64,000 nucleotides of DNA from the IMG/VR virus record IMGVR_UViG_3300025391_000491; one strand, given 5' to 3'. Positions 10,050 through 20,500 of the stretch are shown here, piece by piece. This DNA comes from an uncultured virus (IMG/VR IMGVR_UViG_3300025391_000491). Taxonomy: Duplodnaviria > Heunggongvirae > Uroviricota > Caudoviricetes. Within the stretch, counting starts at the first letter, position 1. Every line of letters starts with the position of its first letter. Under the pieces are notes generated by a model. That model saw only the letters and a list, made by a program, of their open reading frames with translations. It ran no database searches and was not told the DNA's origin. Made by a program: the position numbers and the translations under genes.

Positions 10050-12518
10050 ATGGCCCTGACCAAACCACGTGCGTATCAAATCTATGATATAGATTACAAA
10101 CAGGCCACTCGTGTGGTCACTGTGACCAACATAACATCGTTGACCACTGCGGCCCCTAACAATGTTGATGGCGTCATGCTGTCAGTCAACGACAGAGTCT
10201 TGGTTACCGGACAGACTGATCAAAGCCAAAACGGTATCTATGTGATAGTCACTACCGGTTCTGGGTCAAATGGCGTCTGGGCCCGCAGCAACGATACCAA
10301 TGCCACTGGCGAATTGCTGGCCGGTACCATAGTCATGGTTACCGAAGGTGTGATCTACGCCGACACACAATGGAAACTGATCACTGACAATCCAATCACG
10401 ATTGGAACCACGTCTCTGGTATTCACACAGAACTACTATGCCAATGTGCTACATGCCGGTACCAGCAATGTCACGGTATACAGCAATGCCAATGTGGCCA
10501 TAACAGCCGCAGGAATAGCCAATGTGGCCACCGTGGCCACAGATGGTGTGTACGTGATTGGCAATGTGAGTGCCAGTGGCAATATCGCCGGCAACTACAT
10601 TTTAGGTAACGGTTACGATCTTACTGGCCTGGCCAATGTGACGTTTGCCAATGCACCTCCTACATCAAACTTGGTCATTGGTGACACCTGGATTGACAGC
10701 ACAAGTGGTTTGCAATACATTTGGTTCAACGACGTCACTGGCAATGTATGGGCCGAAATGGAAGCCCAAACTGCCTATTCGTCAACTGGCTATGCCAATC
10801 TTACTACCAATACCTTAAACACACAGATTCTCTACAACAGTGCCAATGCTATCATTGGTAGCAATGCTTTGACCTTTGACGGCACCACTGTCAGCGTGAC
10901 CGGTATCACAGTCAATGCCAATCTCAGTATCACCGGCAATACCATACAGAGTACAGCATCCAACGCCAATCTTACCATCACCACCACAGGATCTGCGGCC
11001 TATGTGAACATGACCGGCCAATTTGGAGTCTATAGCTCGGGCGGCAATAGACTGTTACAGACTGTGAGTGACACTGTTAATTTTTACACCCCTATACTGA
11101 ATTCTTTGGACAGTGCTATCGATATCATTGGCACGCCCGATGGCAACATTATTCCAGTCAACAACACCGGTGTCATGTTGCACATTACCGGTCAACCCAC
11201 ATTGCCGTCCAGGATCTACAACGATGCTGCCAACAGCTATGCGGCCTTTATTGGTCGTGCCATCAACGGCAATGTGAACGCACCCACACAGATCACGGCC
11301 GGTCAGACCGTGGCTCGATTTGCAGCACAGCCCTATGCCAACGGTGCTTATCCGTCGATCAGTACCACACGCATAGACATGGTGGCCACCGAGACACAGA
11401 CCACAGCCAATGCAGGAAGCCAGATTACATTTTGGACCACGCCACAAGGATCTAATGTCGTAACACAAGTAATGAGTCTTACTCAGGCCAATCTCAGCGT
11501 CACTGGTAATATCATAACATTGAGTAATGTGGTTACCAACAATATTGTTGCTTTATCTGGGGGTAACATATATCACGCGGGTAATTTATTGCCGACGGCT
11601 AATACATACAGTCTGGGCTTGCCAACTGTGCCTTGGGCAAATGCCTACTTTGGACCCAGCTCCATTACTATTCTTTCAGGCGACAGCAACGTTGCTAACG
11701 CTGTAATTATCGAGAATTTAAGCGGCAATACTATAATTAACACTGGCGGGTTTATTATCAATGGCAATGGCGTTCCCGTATTCCGAGTTGAGGCCTTAAC
11801 CGGACAAGTGTATTCCAACGCAAAAACCATTATTCAAAACACAACTGACTCTGCTAATACCACTTCGGGATCATTACAAACAGCCGGTGGTGCTGGCATA
11901 GCCAAAAATCTTTATGTTGGTGGCAATACCAATATTGCTGGCAACTTATCTGTTAGTGGAACAACAACCTATGCTTCAATTATTGGAAATGTTGTATCCG
12001 CATCGGGCAACGTTTATATTGCTGGAAATTTAAGTGTTGGCGGAACTGTTAATTTTGTTCCGGCTACTTACGGTACATTTGCCAACACATCTAGTATTAC
12101 CGCTGCAACCAACAACACTCCTGCTGTTATTTTATGGAATACTGCCATAGCTAATTCAGGAGTAACTTACAGCGCAGGAAATAGTCGCATTATTGTAACT
12201 AAAACAGGGACTTACAATTTTACATATACAGCAATGTTTAATGGCAATGGTGGATCGCCCACAGGATATGTTTGGTTAAGACTTAACGGTACTGATGTAG
12301 CTAACAGTATGGCCACTGGATCAACAACAGGTACGGTACAAGTAGTTATAAGCGGTGGAGCACCTATCAGTATTACTGCTAATCAATACGTGGAGGTAGT
12401 GTGGGCCGTAGATAATAAAACCAATGGAAATTTAGTATCGTTTGCTGCCAATAGTGGAGGATTTACTCATCCAGCAAGTCCATCTGTAACTTTAACAGTA
12501 ATGCCCACAGGAGTATAA
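10050..12518 (+). CDS. Fibre protein with C-terminal C1q/TNF-like tip domain
   Basis: TAAATA at 10021; RVLV.GQ...QNGIY domain; C-terminal VTKTGTYNF...VWLRLNG...YVEVVW. Confidence 0.75.
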   Translation: MALTKPRAYQIYDIDYKQATRVVTVTNITSLTTAAPNNVDGVMLSVNDRVLVTGQTDQSQNGIYVIVTTGSGSNGVWARSNDTNATGELLAGTIVMVTEGVIYADTQWKLITDNPITIGTTSLVFTQNYYANVLHAGTSNVTVYSNANVAITAAGIANVATVATDGVYVIGNVSASGNIAGNYILGNGYDLTGLANVTFANAPPTSNLVIGDTWIDSTSGLQYIWFNDVTGNVWAEMEAQTAYSSTGYANLTTNTLNTQILYNSANAIIGSNALTFDGTTVSVTGITVNANLSITGNTIQSTASNANLTITTTGSAAYVNMTGQFGVYSSGGNRLLQTVSDTVNFYTPILNSLDSAIDIIGTPDGNIIPVNNTGVMLHITGQPTLPSRIYNDAANSYAAFIGRAINGNVNAPTQITAGQTVARFAAQPYANGAYPSISTTRIDMVATETQTTANAGSQITFWTTPQGSNVVTQVMSLTQANLSVTGNIITLSNVVTNNIVALSGGNIYHAGNLLPTANTYSLGLPTVPWANAYFGPSSITILSGDSNVANAVIIENLSGNTIINTGGFIINGNGVPVFRVEALTGQVYSNAKTIIQNTTDSANTTSGSLQTAGGAGIAKNLYVGGNTNIAGNLSVSGTTTYASIIGNVVSASGNVYIAGNLSVGGTVNFVPATYGTFANTSSITAATNNTPAVILWNTAIANSGVTYSAGNSRIIVTKTGTYNFTYTAMFNGNGGSPTGYVWLRLNGTDVANSMATGSTTGTVQVVISGGAPISITANQYVEVVWAVDNKTNGNLVSFAANSGGFTHPASPSVTLTVMPTGV

Positions 12519-12526
12519 AATAAATC

Positions 12527-13279
12527 ATGGCCATCTTATCATTTCCAACTTCGCCAACCCTAAATCAAACCTATACTTTTGGTACCAAGACCTGGATCTG
12601 GACCGGGTTGGCGTGGAAGCTACAGACGCAGGGTGCTATCAACAACGTTCCAATTGGCAACGCTATTGCCAGTACCGGTGCATTTACCACTGTAACAGCG
12701 GCCAGTTTCACCGGCGGTGTGGTGTCAATTACCGGCAACGTAACCGGCAGCAATGTACAAGGTGGCGGAGTCATATTGACCGGCAACACCATTGGTGGTC
12801 CCGACCAACTGACCATAACCACCGCCAACACGGTGATTTCAGGCAATCTGTATGTGCAGGGCAACACTACGTTTGTCAGTGCCAACAATGTGACCACCAA
12901 CAGCCTGCTGTTGCAGTTGGCCAACAACGTGACCTTGCCGACCCTGGCCAACGGTGCTGGCATCACGGTTGGAGCCACTGGCAACACCATTACCAGCATG
13001 CTGTACAACAGCGTCAGCAACACTTGGAATTTTGCTACCGGACTCAGTGTCAACGGCAATGTGATATCCAGCAATTTTGCCACAGCTGGTCGTGTGTCGG
13101 CCACCGGCAATGTGACCGGTAACAATGTGGTTGCTGTGGCAGGATTTTTGGGCAACAACATCAGTGTGTCTGGCAACGTGACCCTGGGCAACCGACTGGA
13201 TTGGACCAGCAATGGCAACAGCGCAGTCTATCAGGTCTACAATGCCAGCACTGGTAGTCTCGACACTATTTTTGGATAA
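12527..13279 (+). CDS. Short fibre protein
   Basis: FPTSPTLNQTY..TWIWTG.AW N-terminus; GNVTG repeats; ends YNASTGSLDTIFG. Confidence 0.75.
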   Translation: MAILSFPTSPTLNQTYTFGTKTWIWTGLAWKLQTQGAINNVPIGNAIASTGAFTTVTAASFTGGVVSITGNVTGSNVQGGGVILTGNTIGGPDQLTITTANTVISGNLYVQGNTTFVSANNVTTNSLLLQLANNVTLPTLANGAGITVGATGNTITSMLYNSVSNTWNFATGLSVNGNVISSNFATAGRVSATGNVTGNNVVAVAGFLGNNISVSGNVTLGNRLDWTSNGNSAVYQVYNASTGSLDTIFG

Positions 13280-13282
13280 TGC

Positions 13283-14152
13283 ATGTCTACACTAGCAACA
13301 CGGCTGACCGCAGATGGCGTATTCCTTACCAATGCCTACTTTGACGAAATCACCCAATCCTGGGTCAGCATAAGTCCTGGCGCGGTGTATGCAGGTCTGT
13401 TTGATGAAGTTTTTCTGTCGGCTGGCAGCCTGTTGTTTTCGGGATCCACCGATTATCTTTACGGTACTAACAGTGTTTTTAATATTGGCACACCTGGCAC
13501 AGCCTGGACATTTGAAACCTGGATATATCCTACCACAGCCGGTGCGGTATTCAGCATCGGAGATGGCACACAGTACGGACAGAGTTTTGCTCTAGACTGG
13601 GGTGTCACAGCCACCGACAAATTTACCTTTAGACAAGGCGATGGCTCTGCTTATCCAGTCTCAATCACCAGTTCTGGTACCTACACCAGTGGATCCTGGT
13701 ACCATGTGGCTGTGACCTGTACCGTTACTGGACTACGGGCCATTTACATAAACGGGATTGACAGTGCCAGCTATATGACATCAAACGCCATGAGTTTGGC
13801 CGACCAATGGGTAGTCAACGGATTTTACGACAATGCTGGCCTGGGCAACAGTGGGTCGGTTGCACACATCAGCAATCTACGTTTGATGGTTGGCGTTGCA
13901 TTGTACACAGCCAATTTTACACCGCCCTATGCACCCTTGGTAGCTGTGTCTGACACACAACTGTTGCTGTGCATGCCCAACAACGGTGGTGCGTTTACAG
14001 ACAGCAGTGCCAACGGATTCAAAATTCAGACCCATGGAACCCCGCAACAGACTGTTTCGAAACCCTTTGTACTAAATACTGCGAAGAGAGAATTGAGCTC
14101 GGGGACTTTACAGGTTTCTGGCTATTTTGACGAACAGTCAGGAATAACTTAA
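13283..14152 (+). CDS. LamG/ConA-like lectin-domain virion protein
   Basis: WTFETWIYP, WYHVAVT, IYING, ISNLR...YTANFTPP...TQLLL. Confidence 0.8.
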   Translation: MSTLATRLTADGVFLTNAYFDEITQSWVSISPGAVYAGLFDEVFLSAGSLLFSGSTDYLYGTNSVFNIGTPGTAWTFETWIYPTTAGAVFSIGDGTQYGQSFALDWGVTATDKFTFRQGDGSAYPVSITSSGTYTSGSWYHVAVTCTVTGLRAIYINGIDSASYMTSNAMSLADQWVVNGFYDNAGLGNSGSVAHISNLRLMVGVALYTANFTPPYAPLVAVSDTQLLLCMPNNGGAFTDSSANGFKIQTHGTPQQTVSKPFVLNTAKRELSSGTLQVSGYFDEQSGIT

Positions 14153-14169
14153 AAAAAGAAAGAAATAAA

Positions 14170-16938
14170 ATGGCTAAACTGCTATCAGGAACCACCATAT
14201 ACGGTAATGCGGTCGTACAAACCTACATTACCGTCACAGGCAACGTCATCGGCGGTAACGTATTAGTTACCAGTGCTGGACAGATTAGTACAGCTGGCAA
14301 CGTCTATGCTGGCAATACAATTATAGCTGGATCAGAATCGGTTGCTGGAAACATAACTGGTGGTAACATACTGTCGGGCGGTTTACTTAGCATCGCTGGT
14401 AATATTACCGGTGGAAACATACAGACAGCCGGGCAGATATCGGCCACAGGCAATATCACAATACCACAAGGCAATTTCTTTATTGGTAATGGTAGTCAAT
14501 TAACAGGCGTAACAGCGTCGAGTGTAAATGCCAATTCTCTCACTGGCAACACAATAAATTCAGGTGTCATTAACTCCAGTTTACAAAACTTTGGGCTGGT
14601 TACAGCAATCAGCGCCACAGGTACTATCACTACCACAGGTAACGTGATTGGTGGTAACTTGGTCACAGGTGGTTTAATAACATCGGTTGGCAATATCACC
14701 GGCGGCAACATCATCAGTTTGGGCGCAATCACAGCCACAACCACTGTAAATGCAGCAGGTAATGTCACTGGCGGCAACATACTCACAGCCGGACAAGTAA
14801 GTGCTACTGCCAACGTCACTGGCGGCAATGTGCTGACAGCAGGACTGGTAAGTGCTACTGGCAACGTAACTGGCGGCAATATTACCACAGCTGGTGCTAT
14901 AACAGCAACCGGTACCATTATTTCATCTGCCAATATCACTGGTGGTAATTTGATAACAGGTGGATTGGTCAGCGTTGGCGGTAATGTAAACAGTGCTGGT
15001 GTAAACACTGGCTATATCAGCCAAACTGGTAATTTATATGTTGGTGGTAATGCAAATATCATTGGTAATTTGAATGTTCAAGGCAATGTAACATTTGTCA
15101 ACAGCAATGTGATCACTGTAAATGATCTCTATATTGAACTGGCCAACAACGTCACCACCTATGCCAATGCCAATGCAGCTGGTTTAGCAGTTGGACCAAC
15201 AGGTAACAGCCTGTTCAACTGGCAGTATCTCAACTCGGCCAATGCTTGGTCAACCAACATTGGCATCAGTGCTCAAGGCAATGTAAACGGCGGAAATGTG
15301 ATCACAGGTGGTTTGATAACAGCCACCGGCACTATATCTGGTGGTAACATCAGTACAGCTGGTTATGTAAGTGCTGCGGGCAACATCTATGGTGGCAATT
15401 TGAGCGTGACTGGCAGTATCAACTTTGCCACAGTGACAGGTACTACAATTTCAGTAACCGGCAACGTGACGGGTGGAAACTTGTTGACAGGTGGTGGCAT
15501 AAGTGCTGCTGGACAAATTTCAGCCACAGCCAATATCACCGGTGGCAACATATTGACAGCAGGACTAGTAAGCGCCACGGGTGCCATCACTAGTGGTGCT
15601 AACATCACAGGCGCCAACATACTCACAGCCGGCTTAGTAAGTGCTACTGCCAACGTGATTGGCGGCAACGTGCTGACAGCTGGTTTGATCAGCGCAACTG
15701 GTACTATTACCAGCAACGCCAACATTTCGGGTGCCAACGTTAATACAACAGGGCAGGTAAGTGCTACTGCCAACATCACTGGTGGCAACTTGTTGACAGC
15801 AGGTTTGATCAGTGCTACGGGTGCTATAACCAGCGCAGCCAACATCACTGGTGGCAACGTGCTGACAGGTGGTTTGATCAGTGCCACAGGGGCTATCACA
15901 GCTGCCAATATTACTGGTAGCAACTTTAACACAGCAGGCCTAATCACAGCAACTGGCAACATCACTGGTGGCAACATAAACACAGCTGGACAAGTGGTTG
16001 CTACTGCCAACATAACTGGTGGTAACTTGTTGACAGCTGGTTTGGCCAGCGTAGGCGGCAATTTGACTGCGGGCAACATACAGACAGCAGGTCAGATATC
16101 AGCCACAGGCAATATCACAGCAGCAACTGGTGCGTACTTTGTTGGTAACGGTAGTCAGTTGACTGGTGTAACTGCAAGCAGTGTGAATGCTAACAGCTTG
16201 ACCGGCAATACCATAAATTCAGGTGTTGTTAATTCCAGTTTGACCAATTTTGGTTTGGTCACAGCAATCAGTGCCACAGGCACAATCACTACCACAGGTA
16301 ACGTGATTGGTGGCAATGTACTCACAGGCGGTTTGATCAGTGCTACAGGTGCCATAACCAGTGCAAACAACATTACCGGTGCTAATATACTCACAGCAGG
16401 CCAGGTAAGTGCAGGTGGCAACATTTATGCACAAAACATCAGCGTAAGCGGCAACATCACTGGCAACATCAGCTTTGATACCACTATCAGTGCTGCCGGT
16501 AACATCATTGGTGGCAATTTACTGACAGCTGGTTTGATAACAGCCACAGGCACCATAACTGGTGGAAATGTAAGCACTGCTGGCTATGTGACTGCTACTG
16601 GCAACGTGACCGGTGGTAATATTAACACAGCCGGACAGGTCAACGCAACTGCCAACGTAACTGGTGGCAACATACTCACAGCAGGACTAGTAAGTGCCAC
16701 AGGTGCCATAACCAGCGCAGCCAACGTGACTGGTGGCAACATACTCACAGCTGGACAAGTAAGTGCCACTGCCAACGTAACTGGTGGCAACATAGCCACA
16801 GCTGGTCAGGTGACAGCAACTGGTAACATAACAACCAGTGCATACTTGAATTTGGCCAACAGTGCCAATGCAAGCGGCCCAGGTGGACACATAATTTACA
16901 ACACCAGCTTACAAAGTATAGACTTTACATTCGGTTAA
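14170..16938 (+). CDS. Fibre protein with GNITGGN repeats
   Basis: Dozens of SATGN(I/V)TGGN(I/L)LT units; ends YNTSLQSIDFTFG. Confidence 0.85.
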   Translation: MAKLLSGTTIYGNAVVQTYITVTGNVIGGNVLVTSAGQISTAGNVYAGNTIIAGSESVAGNITGGNILSGGLLSIAGNITGGNIQTAGQISATGNITIPQGNFFIGNGSQLTGVTASSVNANSLTGNTINSGVINSSLQNFGLVTAISATGTITTTGNVIGGNLVTGGLITSVGNITGGNIISLGAITATTTVNAAGNVTGGNILTAGQVSATANVTGGNVLTAGLVSATGNVTGGNITTAGAITATGTIISSANITGGNLITGGLVSVGGNVNSAGVNTGYISQTGNLYVGGNANIIGNLNVQGNVTFVNSNVITVNDLYIELANNVTTYANANAAGLAVGPTGNSLFNWQYLNSANAWSTNIGISAQGNVNGGNVITGGLITATGTISGGNISTAGYVSAAGNIYGGNLSVTGSINFATVTGTTISVTGNVTGGNLLTGGGISAAGQISATANITGGNILTAGLVSATGAITSGANITGANILTAGLVSATANVIGGNVLTAGLISATGTITSNANISGANVNTTGQVSATANITGGNLLTAGLISATGAITSAANITGGNVLTGGLISATGAITAANITGSNFNTAGLITATGNITGGNINTAGQVVATANITGGNLLTAGLASVGGNLTAGNIQTAGQISATGNITAATGAYFVGNGSQLTGVTASSVNANSLTGNTINSGVVNSSLTNFGLVTAISATGTITTTGNVIGGNVLTGGLISATGAITSANNITGANILTAGQVSAGGNIYAQNISVSGNITGNISFDTTISAAGNIIGGNLLTAGLITATGTITGGNVSTAGYVTATGNVTGGNINTAGQVNATANVTGGNILTAGLVSATGAITSAANVTGGNILTAGQVSATANVTGGNIATAGQVTATGNITTSAYLNLANSANASGPGGHIIYNTSLQSIDFTFG

Positions 16939-16953
16939 TAAAGGAACCCAATT

Positions 16954-17178
16954 ATGACATTTTTAGCCGCTAGACTATACAATTCTGGAAACCTGTTGAT
17001 AGCTAACACCATCCAGTTTGATGAGACTACATACAGCAATGCTCATATCGCTAACAGTGCCTGCTATGCAGGCCTGTTTGATGAGGTAACAGGAACTGGA
17101 AATGTAGCGTATAGAATCACCAACACTGGAACAATGCTGGTATCGGGAATATTTGACGAGTATACTGGCATAAGTTAA
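16954..17178 (+). CDS. 74-aa 'FDE' protein, a paralog of gene 13283 without the lectin insert
   Basis: LAARL..FDE.T..YAGLFDEV..GT..VSGIFDE..GI matches both ends of 13283. Confidence 0.75.
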   Translation: MTFLAARLYNSGNLLIANTIQFDETTYSNAHIANSACYAGLFDEVTGTGNVAYRITNTGTMLVSGIFDEYTGIS

Positions 17179-17185
17179 AGGTACT

Positions 17186-17563
17186 ATGGCCAAATTACAA
17201 AGTGGAACCACGGTATATGGTAATGCCACGGTTAACACATATCTAACAGTCGGAAGTTATGCTTCTGTTTCTGGTAATGTGTATGCTGGCAACACCGTTG
17301 TTACCGGATCTGAAACAGTCACCGGTAACATTGTTGGTGGTAACATACAGACACTGGGGCAAATTTCAGCCACCGGCAATATCACAGTCAATGCCAGCGG
17401 TTACTTTATCGGCAACGGTAGCCTGTTGACCGGTGTACAATCCAGCAACGGCGGTAACCTTGTTGTTTTGCAACGCACCGGCAGCTTGAAAGTGCCTATT
17501 GTGTATGGTTATCTATTGGTCATGGGTCGCGCTGGAAATGTACAATGCCCGATTGTCGCATAA
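17186..17563 (+). CDS. Short fibre protein, paralog of the 14170 N-terminus
   Basis: MAKLQSGTTVYGNA versus MAKLLSGTTIYGNA. Confidence 0.75.
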   Translation: MAKLQSGTTVYGNATVNTYLTVGSYASVSGNVYAGNTVVTGSETVTGNIVGGNIQTLGQISATGNITVNASGYFIGNGSLLTGVQSSNGGNLVVLQRTGSLKVPIVYGYLLVMGRAGNVQCPIVA

Positions 17564-17586
17564 ATACAAGATACTAGGACAATACC

Positions 17587-20500
17587 ATGGCAAATAGATT
17601 TCCGTTAATAGCTAATGCAACAGCTGATCAAATACAAGAACTGGCCAGTGGGGATTTTTTAGATCTCAGCCAAAGCGGCATTGCCAACAGTGGCAATATC
17701 ACCGTGGCCAGTGGCAGTTTCTATTTTGGTAACGGCAGCCAGCTCACTGGAGTCATAGCTGCAGATTCTGGTTTTCCAATCACAGCTGGCACTAGCAATT
17801 TAAACGCACCATCCAACGGCAACATCACGGCCACAATAGGCGGTACTGGTGTAGTGGTCTGGGCCACTACCGGCGAATACGTTACTGGTCTTATATCAGC
17901 ATCGGGCAATGTGACCGCTAGTCAATTTAATGGATCTGGTGCAGGCCTGACCAGTATACCAGGTGCCAATGTGACAGGCACAGTGGCCAATGCCACATAC
18001 GCAACATCGGCAGGGTCAGCAGTGGGCACTGCAGCCACGGTAACTGTCAATGCACAACCAAATATCACTTCAGTTGGTACCTTGACATCAGTAACATCGT
18101 CGGGTCTTGTATCAACCACAGGCAACATAGTTGGTAGCAATATTATAACCAGCGGAAGTGTGTTGCCCACAGCCAATGCCACACAAGACCTAGGATCACC
18201 CACATTACAATGGGCTCACCTTTATGTCAGTGGTAACAGTATCTATCTTGGCGGCGGTGCTCTTACTGCCAATGCTGGTCAGCTGTCTTTTTCTGGAAAT
18301 GCTGTAGTCACAGCCAATGCCACAGGCGTTTCAAGCACAGTAGGAAATGTGGCTATCAGCGGCAATGTGCAAGGTGGCAACATACTCACAGCTGGCTTAG
18401 TAAGTGCCGGTGCCAATATCACAGGCGGCAACGTACTTACAGCTGGATCAATCTCAGCCACTGGCAATATCACTGGCAATTATATTATTGGTAACGGCAG
18501 CCAATTAACCGGTGTAACTGCAAGCAGTGTGAATGCCAACAATTTGACTGGCAATACTCTTGCTAGTGGTGTAATCAACTCCAGCTTGACAAATTTTGGT
18601 CTAGTCAGCTCAATCAGTGCTACTGGTACTATCAGTACTGGCGGCAACGTACAAAGTGGCAACGTCCTAACTGGTGGTTTGATCAGTTCAACTGGCAACA
18701 TAACCGGCGGCAATGTTGGTGCTACTACTATAACTGCAACCACAGTAACAGCAAGTGGCAATGTGTATGCTGGAAATCTTGTCAATTCGGGCAGTTCTAG
18801 TATAACCGGAAATATCACAGCTGGCAACATACTTACAGCAGGCTTGATAAGCGCCACTGGTACAGTAACCGCTAGTCAGTTTAATGGATCTGGTGCAGGC
18901 CTGACCAGTATACCGGGTGCCAATGTGACAGGTACAGTGGCCAATGCCACTTACGCAACATCGGCAGGGTCAGCAGTAGGTACCGCGGCCACAGTGACAG
19001 CCAATGCACAACCAAACATAACATCTGTTGGCACACTTACATCAGTAACATCATCGGGCTTGATTTCAACCACAGGTAATGTGGTTGGTAACTATATCTT
19101 GGGCAATGGTGCACTTTTAACTGGTGTGATCACCAGCGTGGCCAACATCAACAACGGCACTAGCAATGTGACCGTGACTGCGTCGGGCGGCAATATCACT
19201 GTGGGTGTGAGTGGTGTGGGCAATGTGGCGGTATTTGCTCCAACTGGAGAATATGTAACTGGTATAGTCAGCGCCTCGGGCAACATTGTTGGAGGCAATA
19301 TATTAACAACTGGATTGATTAGCTCAACTGGTAATGCTATACACGGCAACATACTTACAGCTGGGTTAATTAGCTCAACTGGTAATATTATTGGTGGTAA
19401 CATCGCTACGGCCGGGTTGATTAGCTCAACTGGTACAGTAACCGCTAGTCAATTTAATGGATCTGGAGCTGGCTTGACCAGTATACCAGGTGCCAATGTG
19501 ACAGGCACAGTGGCCAATGCCACTTACGCGGTCAGTGCTGGATCAGCAGTGGGCACTGCAGCCACCGTGACAGCCAATGCACAACCAAACATAACATCAG
19601 TTGGTACCTTGACATCAGTAACATCGTCGGGCTTGATTTCAACCACAGGTAATGTGGTTGGGGCCAATATCAACACAACTGGGTTGGCCAGCGTTGGAGG
19701 CAATTTGTATGTGGGCGGTAGCGCCAACATTATTGGCAACCTGAACGTACAAGGCAATGTCACATTTATCAATTCAAATGTAATCACAGTCAACGATCTC
19801 TACATCGAATTGGCCAACAACGTCACTACCTATGCCAATGCCAATTCGGCTGGTTTAGCAGTTGGACCAACAGGCAGTACATTATTTAATTGGCAGTATC
19901 TCAATTCGGCCAATGCTTGGAGCACCAACATTGGCATTACTGCTACCGGTAACGTTACCGGCGGCAACATACTTACGACTGGGTTGATCAGTGCTGCTGG
20001 CAATCTTGCAGGTGGCAACCTGTTGTTGACAGGCACTATTAGTACATCAGGAAACAGTCAAGCAGCCAGCTACAGTGCCAGTGGCAACATAACCGGTGGC
20101 AATATAAACACAGGTGGAGTAGTTAGTGCCACAGGTAACGTTTATGTGGCTAATCTAATCAATAGCGGATCTGAAACCGTCACCGGTAACATAACCGGTG
20201 GCAATATAAACACAGGTGGACGTGTTACAGCAGTTGGTAATGTTATAGCAGCCGGGTTCCAGTATGCCAATGGGACGCCTGTACAAGGATCGGGCGCACA
20301 AGGTACTACGGGTACTACTGGATCGCAAGGAACAACAGGAAGCCAGGGCACTGCTGGAACAAATGGCAGTCAAGGAACAACAGGCACACAAGGCACAGTC
20401 GGAACACAAGGTACTGTGGGTGCTCAAGGTACTGTGGGTGCTCAAGGTACTGTGGGTGCTCAAGGTGCTACAGGCTCAGCAGGAAGCCAGGGCACTGTAG

